A DNA stretch of 62,403 nucleotides, the filler included. It is 6 parts of 6 records of this genome, joined end to end, with 100 filler letters (N's around TTAATTAATTAA, not from the genome) between each part and the next. Parts side by side here need not be neighbours in the genome. Positions count along the whole stretch, not along the records: positions 54,412 to 62,403 come from SRR2962707_2220; 5 more parts are not named here. The stretch is one strand, 5' to 3'. Below are positions 55,094 through 62,403 of this stretch, one piece after another. The notes below the pieces were generated by a model. It searched no databases, was not told the origin of the DNA, and worked only from the letters and a program-made list of their open reading frames with translations. The position numbers and the translations under genes were made by a program. Numbering within the stretch: position 1 is the stretch's first letter; each line of letters begins with the position of its first letter.

Positions 55094-58000
55094 ATGTCTT
55101 CATCTTCGAGGTTCCTCAAAATGGCAGCTGACCTGCGGGCTGGTGTGTTGAACCACCACCACCCTAGTCAAGATTTCAGCGCTGGTCCAGCAGATGTCGG
55201 TCACAAGGATCGAATCTTTGCGACCAGTTTGATTGGAAACAAAATTCCTCACGACAGCAAGCACACTCAGCCGGCTACGCAATCAGACTTCAGCTCGGCA
55301 ACTTCAACTCGCATGCTCAAAAAGGCACCTGCTGCCCGACTTTCAACAGCAACCGCCCTCCCCTCGTCGCCGCCGCATCGTGCGTCAGACAAATTCCTTG
55401 CAATGGCGAAATCCATTGGATCATCATTGAATGTTCATCACTCGCCTGGAGCGCGCACCTTCAGGCAAGAGCACGAAAATGAGCAAGACAAGCAGCCGAC
55501 GAAGGCCGCAAGTGATGCCCGAGGTCGAAATTTGTATGCGACACATTTTGCATTTACTCCAAGTCAAGTTCATCAAAAGAAGAGTGAGGCTCGATTTGTT
55601 GCAGACTTTATGAACAACAAAATGATCAATGAAGAGACAGCTCTTGCGACTGGTGCCATTGACGCTGTCGCAGGTGTTCCAGGCGTGAATTGCTCCGATT
55701 TGTGGGAATTAAATGATTCACCGAGCCCTTTCAAGCGTGGTGCACGGTTTCCTGAAAATGAAGTTCCACACAAAATCAGCAAGGCAAATTCGTCGCCTAC
55801 GCGTAGATATCTCTCCGTGACAGAAATGGCGCAAACGTTGGTGCAGCGAGAAAGTGTCGATGACTCTCGATCTGGGGCACAAGTATCGCCGAAGCTCCAC
55901 AAATCGAAAGTACCGCCACAAACAACAGATTTGGCTCACCTTTCCATTGACTTCCTTCGAAAGCATGCAACGACTCATCCAGCGCTAGCCGCTCAGTTGC
56001 TCGCTCGAGAGAAACAGCTGGAGGAAACTAGGCGAGACAATGCCCGCCGAGCTGCAGCAGTGAAGCATCGGAAAGCAAGGGCCGGTTTTGCCCGGGAGGG
56101 GGCTGGCGGCGACCACCAAATCGCCAGACCAACACCAACTGCAGTGGCCAACCCTCAGAATTCAATGAATGCGCCGGGCGTTTCGAAAAATGACCTAGGC
56201 AGTGACACAAAGCCCGTTGAGAATTACCACACATCGAAAGCAGCGTTGACCAAGTCAGCTAAAGGTTCGTCAATGGAGGAGATCTCAACTTCCGTTGCCA
56301 ACGCAAAAGAGCAACAGGGCAGTATGCGAGTACTCGTGCTGATTGATTCCTGTCAGAGCATCGAGGTTGAGATTGATCCTTGCAAAACAGCTCGCCATTT
56401 CTACAGCTGTCTTTACCGAAAGAACGCGCGTTTTTTTTTGCACGATCACAACGAAAGCTCTGCGACGGACTCGTTTCCAATGCGACAATGTCCGCCACCG
56501 AAAAGTGTCTTGTACTCTGGCCTTGGAAATATTGAAGGAACTGCCGGTTTGATTCACCGAGACAAGGCGAAACTTGAAGACCATTTGCTTTCCGACACCT
56601 CTGTTCTCCAATTTGTGCACTACTTTGCCTCAGTTCATGATGCGATTGAGGATCTTGAGGTCAAAGCCGCCCGTCGCAAGGATCCGCGCAAAGCTCTCAG
56701 CCAGCGTGGAACAGCCTCTGAGAAGTGGTTTGCGACTGGAATGCTCTTCGGTGCCAGAAGTTTTGGCTCCACTCCTGCTACAGTGATGCGATCCAGCATT
56801 TCGCTGGTTGGGACGCTTCTCAGGTATGTAGACAGTTTTGAGCATATGAAATACCTTTTTGTGACTGATTTGTAATTTGTCTTTGCCCTGGGTGCAGTGG
56901 TTGTATTCACTTGTGTTTTCTGCCTGCTGCGTAAAAAGTGCCCAGCATCAGCATCTGTGTACGCTTGTCCTTGACAATCAAGGACTGGAAGATCAGCATG
57001 TAGCACCACTCTTCAGCGTTCTCCATAAAACTCCCATCAGATGTTTGTCCCTTCGGCACAACAACGTCACTCGTGCTGGAGCTCACATCATCGCCAGATG
57101 CATTCTTCGGATTTCTGAGGCCGTGGGACAAGTCAAGCCGACTGAAATGCACGACAACGACAACAATGCAAGAATTTGGCGAGTGTTGCGGGTTGACCTG
57201 GTTGGGAACAACCAACTTGGTGTCGAATCTGCTAAGATTTTGGGTGCTGCTATTCTCCTGCGCAAGCAACATGCCCTTTCTCAGGGGCAGCATGAATCCT
57301 CGACTTCTTCAGCGGATGCACCCGCTTGTCCAGTCATGGCTCATTTTTTTCGTCAAAGGAAGCGTGGAAGCATCTGCCCACCTATTCAGGTGCTTTTAGG
57401 GCGCACAGAAGGCTACCCTGGAAATTTTCGGGTTGTGCAGCACGTTTGGCAACACATTGTTCCTATTTTTGGACTTCCACAGCAACTCCTGAAACCGTCA
57501 GTTAGCGCTTCGACATCATCTCATGGGTGTGTGTCCGCTGTCGATGTTGATGACAAGCACCATACAGACTTGGATAACTTTGATTCAGGAGACCTTTGTG
57601 GAAACAACTTTGCAACCGACTCGGCAATTTTGCAGTACCTTTTCGAAGCTGGCGAAGCCAGTCGACGGCGGTTGAAATGCTTAAATCGAGACATTCACAG
57701 CATGTTGAACCACTTGCAACAGGCGGGTAATTCCTTTGTATCAATGCAGGAAAAGTCTGCAAAGCTTAACGAGTTGATTGGAGAGGCCAAAACGATTGCA
57801 GAGCAGTTGCAGGTTACCGACAGAGCAGTGGAGAATGCCAGCGTGTACAAACTGGAAGAGATCATGCACGGGACTGTCAACGATGTAAGATCGAATGACC
57901 ACGGGAAACAACCCACCACACGACAAGCACGACCGCCACAGTCAATTCACACGGCCCAACCACCATTTCTGCATCAACATCATGCAGGGAATGATTCTGT

Positions 58001-60657
58001 TTTTTTCGACGGACCTGCCTCTGCCAACAATATGCGGAACAGTGAAGCTGCTGAACGATCGCTTGCATTGCTTGACATCGCTCAAGGCCGAGAGCGGTTT
58101 GGAGCAGCCGAACAGCGGCGCCTCGTTGCCTCGCGAAACTTTGTGCGCAGACATTCTGACCCGGACACAAGCCAGGCTTTGGGCTATTTGTCTCCAGGAA
58201 AGGATAGCACCAACTCTGACTTTGCACCGGAGCTAACATCAATTCAAAATCACGACAGCTTCATGTCAGAGCCTTGCAGCCGAGCGACTAAGTTTGATGA
58301 TGATGTCGAACGCTCGCTGTTTGACGAAAAGTCCCAATTGCTCTCTCGCGGTACGCCACAACATCGTCGAGAGGATCCGAGTGACTTCAGATCTGGAGGT
58401 GCACACATTGCGGCCGAGGCACACTTTGCTCAACACTCTCAGCAGAAAACGACGTTTGATGTTGCCTCGACACTTTTGCAGCTGGGTGAAAAAAGGCTGG
58501 CCGGCGGGGGTTCATACCAAGATGCGATGTCCGTTTTTCGCCGAGCGATTGCGGTTGCCAGGTCTGAGTGGCGTGAAGAAGGTAGTCATGCGGTGGGACA
58601 ACGATCTCGGCACCGACTTGAGACACTTGCTAACAGTATGACCCGCTTAGGAGATCTGCTGCTAACAAGAGAGCACTGCGCGCTCGAGGCAGCCAGACTC
58701 TACAATGAAGTGCTTCCATACACATTTCAGCTTCGTGGCCCAAATCACACTGATGTGGCAAGGATATTTGACCGAATTGCTGCTGCGCTTGGGCTACACA
58801 TTGAACAGGCTGCCCAGGGACAGCCTGGCCTTACCAACGTCGGGTACACTGAACCAGGGTTAGTGTTTTCCCCCGTGGCAACTCTTCCGCCATCCTGCGC
58901 GGACATCTTGCACAAGATTGAGCACGCATGTTTACGCTCTCTACGTTTGAGAGAAAATCACCATCACCATGTTGAAGCGCAGCGCGCAATCCATGGCAAC
59001 ACTTCCAGCAATTTGGTGGACACCACTGGAAGCCCGGAACTGCTACTTGCTATGGAAATGCTCACTCCACTAAATCATTTGGGCCTGTGCTACATGCGCC
59101 TTGGTGACCATGACAGAGCTGAACGATATCTTCAGCGCGCATTGGCTCTCAGCCAGCGACATCATGGAGCAGTGCACCAACGACAGGGTACCTCCTTTAA
59201 GGTTGTGCCCCGAGACGGGTTCCAAGCTTCTGTTGTCATGCATGCCTTTGCACTTTTGCGAGTGCAGCAACGTCGTATTCCAGAGGGCGTTGCAATACTG
59301 AGACGAGCGCTCGACATCCGCCGGGCAGCATGTGGAAAAGAACATGTTGCTACCGCGCAGGTTTGTTGCTATGTTTAAGATCCCTCCCCTCTGTTCTGTA
59401 AGACTTGCTGACTAGACGTGATTTTTGCAATTACCTTTCTTGGATTGTTGCCTGTTATTATTGTCCATGAACAGACAATGTTGAGCCTTGGGATCCTGCT
59501 GTTTGCGCACATGAAGCAACTCACTGATGCTGAGCGCTTGATCAGTGCCAGCTTCAATATTTTGCTCCGTTGTGCCAATGGTTCCAATCGCAACGTTTTG
59601 TCATCCGTGTCAGTGCCATCTTCCACTATTCATTCTGGAACCGAAGTTCAGCTTATGTCTATGTTTCTGGAAAATCTCGAGAACCCCCCGACAGTAGACA
59701 AAAGCTCACACAGCTCACAGTATCACCCAGGATCCATCACAGTCGACAATCCCTTGGATAATGACCCACATGCTTTACTATTGGCCTCTAGTTTCACAGC
59801 TCGCAGTCTGCGCGGGCTTGTGTATGATAGTTGTGTTTGGCGTGCCCGAGTTGCAGGGCAGCTTCAAAAAAATGTCTTGGCAAAGGAATTGTTTGAATTT
59901 GCTGCCGAAATCGCAAAAGCACATTGGAAACCACAGAGACATGATGGCGTAGACTCAGAATTCGGGGACATGAGCACCTACATTGCTGATCGTGATCATA
60001 CCGGTACTCAGGGAGCCGGTTGTGTCGAAGGTCAGGAGGAAGTTTCAAAAACATTTCATCCCCGTGGCTGGCAAAGTGGTCACAAACGGAGCTGGGAGCG
60101 ACGAGATCGATACCCAAGACTCCGCAATGAGTCTAACGTTGAGAAAAGAGATCGGCAGGTTGGTTTCCACTACCGATTTCTTGCTCACTTGTTGCTCGTT
60201 GCCATTTTGTACTTTGAACCTACCTTGCTCTTGAATGTCACCATCGGCAGGAGGCTGCTAGGATACGCCGACATCTTGCTGAGAAAAAGCATGGTCCTGC
60301 CAATGGGTTTGTTTGACCAAGATGCATTCTGTGCAAGTAGACTAATAAATGTCGTCGTGACAATGAATTTGGGCGTGTTGACTGGTAGATGGAAGCAGCC
60401 TTCCAAGATGGAAGGCCGTTCTTGGTACGACAGCGACACGCGTGAAGCTCAAAAGTTCTTTGAGGTACGCTGAAAGTTTCCTCTGTCGTGTTCAGTTTTG
60501 GTCGTGATTGCTACCAGGTTTAATCTAGTCATTCCTTGCTCAGGTGGACCATGAAGTGCGTGAAGCCGAGTCGATGTCTCGCCAATTCTTTGAAATGTGG
60601 GCCCCGGACGACAGCAGACACACGGCAGGTCACACCACGCCGATTAGTAAACCATAG
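55094..60657 (+). CDS. Multi-exon LRR (RI-like) + kinesin-light-chain-type TPR protein
   Basis: Introns at 56824-56938 and 59361-59474, plus three probable introns between 60159 and 60543. LRRs: LCTLVLDNQGL, IRCLSLRHNNV, LRVDLVGNNQL. TPRs: LNHLGLCYMRLGDHDRAERYLQRALAL, ILRRALDIRRAACGKEHVATAQ|TMLSLG. The last exon is 60544-60657. Confidence 0.72.
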
Positions 60658-60886
60658 TCAAGACCCCTTAGCCACGTTGGGCACGCAAGTGGCAGATTAT
60701 TAGCCCAGTTCAAGCACTCGCTTGTTTCCACCTTTCACTCGCATGCTTGTCGATTAGTAAAGTTCAACACAATTCACAATTTTGATTATTTTCAACTAAA
60801 ATAAAAAAAAATAAAAAAACAATTCTTCTAAGAACAACACTTGGTAATGTAGATTATCCTCACTGTGCAACCCAACACGCTCCAGG

Positions 60887-62211
60887 TCACGGAGAGAGTT
60901 TGGAAACATTGCGCAGCACAAAGTCCGCGGCCAGACATTCCAAAAATTGAAAGCAAGGCTGTTGGCTGTGCAACCCTCCAGTACCGACATTTGCACCGTT
61001 GCGAGAAGATCGCCTGAACAATGATTCTAACCTTGCGACAACATCGGCAACTTGTGCTGTTGCAGAAACAAGAATCGCTGAGACGGTGGCCCTCGCCTGC
61101 AGTGTCGGACGAGATCTGTGGCTGTCACGGGGTGGTGGGGATGCTTCTACTTCGATAAAGATACGGCTCTTTCTCCGAACAAAACCGTACACCTGTCGAA
61201 AGATATTCGTTTCGTTCTTGCTGGACAAATATCTGCGTCTGTCGCTTCTTCTTTGATCAGCACGTTCGTCAATGAGCCGTAAAAACTGCCGTGCCAATGG
61301 TTCTCCATCAATGTCAGCATCCACTGGTGATTTTGCGTCCACCTTGCTTTCAGAATCAGCGTCAATGCTTGCCGACATAGTGACATCGCTGGAGTGTAAG
61401 TCAAGCTCCATGTCGCTGACGTCTTCATGCTCTTCCTTCTGCAGAGAATGCTGCAGCAATGTCTCATCGGCACGCGCGGAACCTTTTGCAGACATGGGCA
61501 ACTGGGGAGGAAGTAGCTGCACAGACGCACTCATAACAAGGACTTTGGTGTTGTCCAAGCCAAACTTGTTCAGCAAAGAAGCAAGAACCGCTGACGTATT
61601 TGAAGAGAGCGCAAGGTTGGAGGATTTCTCGTTCACCCATGTGTCGTTCTCGTCGGAGCGTTGGTGTTGCTCACACACAAAGTCGCGAAAGTGAGCACAT
61701 CTGTGAAACAAGCCCCGAAGGTCGTTGGAGTTGGACAAAACGAACTGCGCGAGCAGCCGCGTTTGTTCTGCTGCATCACCTGTGCTGCCAATTGTGACAG
61801 GGACAGTTGCGGGTGCATCGGTCAATGATCCATTGATGAAAGCAGAGGCAGCATTCTCTGAGCGGCTTGGCCCACGAGGCTTTGGGTTGAAGTGCTGCTG
61901 ATCGGCGGCTAAAACTGGCTGCAGAAGCTGCTTGTGTGAGACGTGAGCGGAGAATCTGTTTTGGGCGATGGGGAGGGTGGGGGCGATACAACAACTCCAA
62001 GCCACACAAATCACCCCTACTTTTAACAGTCGCTGCAACCCAAACATAAGAAGCAAACAGGTACCCACCTTTCGGAACTCAGAAGCGAGTCGCCTCGAAA
62101 AGCGGAGCAGGTTCAATCTCACTGTGCCCGTGAGAGGCAAAAATATCGGATCTGATATTATTGTTCCATCATCGTCATCAACGTCGGCATCACCTTGGCG
62201 ATTGAACTGCT
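60887..62211 (-). CDS. Hypothetical protein, 5'-truncated, probably with internal intron(s)
   Basis: 417-aa open frame that extends up to a candidate acceptor (CTGACAG) near 62211. No family recognised, and both ends are uncertain. Confidence 0.45.
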
Positions 62212-62376
62212 GTCAGATTATTGGACGTTGATTTCCACCTCGTGACCATTTGATTTGTTTACCAACCGTGCTTCACTTCAATGTTGAAAGTACTCAGCAG
62301 GCACTTTGACACCTTAGCAGCAACGAGTAGTGAGTGAGTCCTTGAGTTCGTACGTTCGTGCGTGCAAGCGAGCGCA

Positions 62377-62403
62377 AGTGAGTGAGTGAGTAAGTGAGTG
62401 AGT
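62377..62403. repeat. Imperfect (GAGT)n tetranucleotide repeat at window end
   Basis: Read directly. Confidence 0.85.

Noticed and set aside
1-62403. CRISPR arrays, tRNA/rRNA genes, transposases, integrases or phage genes
   Set aside because: None were recognised by eye. A tRNAscan/Infernal run would be needed to exclude small RNAs.

Overview
This window is not one genomic locus. It is six unrelated contigs joined by five artificial 100-nt spacers (44 N + TTAATTAATTAA + 44 N). Contigs 1 (1-19442), 4 (38984-47192), 5 (47293-54311) and 6 (54412-62403) come from a compact, intron-containing eukaryote of roughly balanced GC with short GT-AG introns and contig ends at simple repeats; it is probably a protist, but the lineage cannot be determined from sequence alone. 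Contig 2 (19543-31930) is a high-GC alphaproteobacterium resembling Parvibaculum. It carries a FadB-type beta-oxidation enzyme, a CYP153-like P450, a MoxR/VWA pair, a PatB-Ape1-PatA-like O-acylation cluster with an extra small gene, a Coq4-like gene and azlCD. Contig 3 (32031-38883) is a second, lower-GC alphaproteobacterium resembling Thalassospira, with a tripartite RND pump, an AlkB-family dioxygenase and the start of a LacI gene. Main observations: (i) the minus-strand ORFs of contig 1 splice by hand, through 13 GT-AG introns with frame preserved, into one ~5,800-aa protein. It has an N-terminal CUE-like domain and about 7-8 ankyrin/EF-hand super-repeats, one interrupted by a WW domain. 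(ii) A PDAT/LCAT acyltransferase carries an inserted canonical EF-hand pair. (iii) A PX-GOLD-coiled-coil-ZZ protein is present. (iv) The bacterial MBOAT cluster has a fused FIYFQF acyl-shuttle motif plus an uncharacterised 133-aa membrane partner. All calls come from manual motif recognition; no database search was run.
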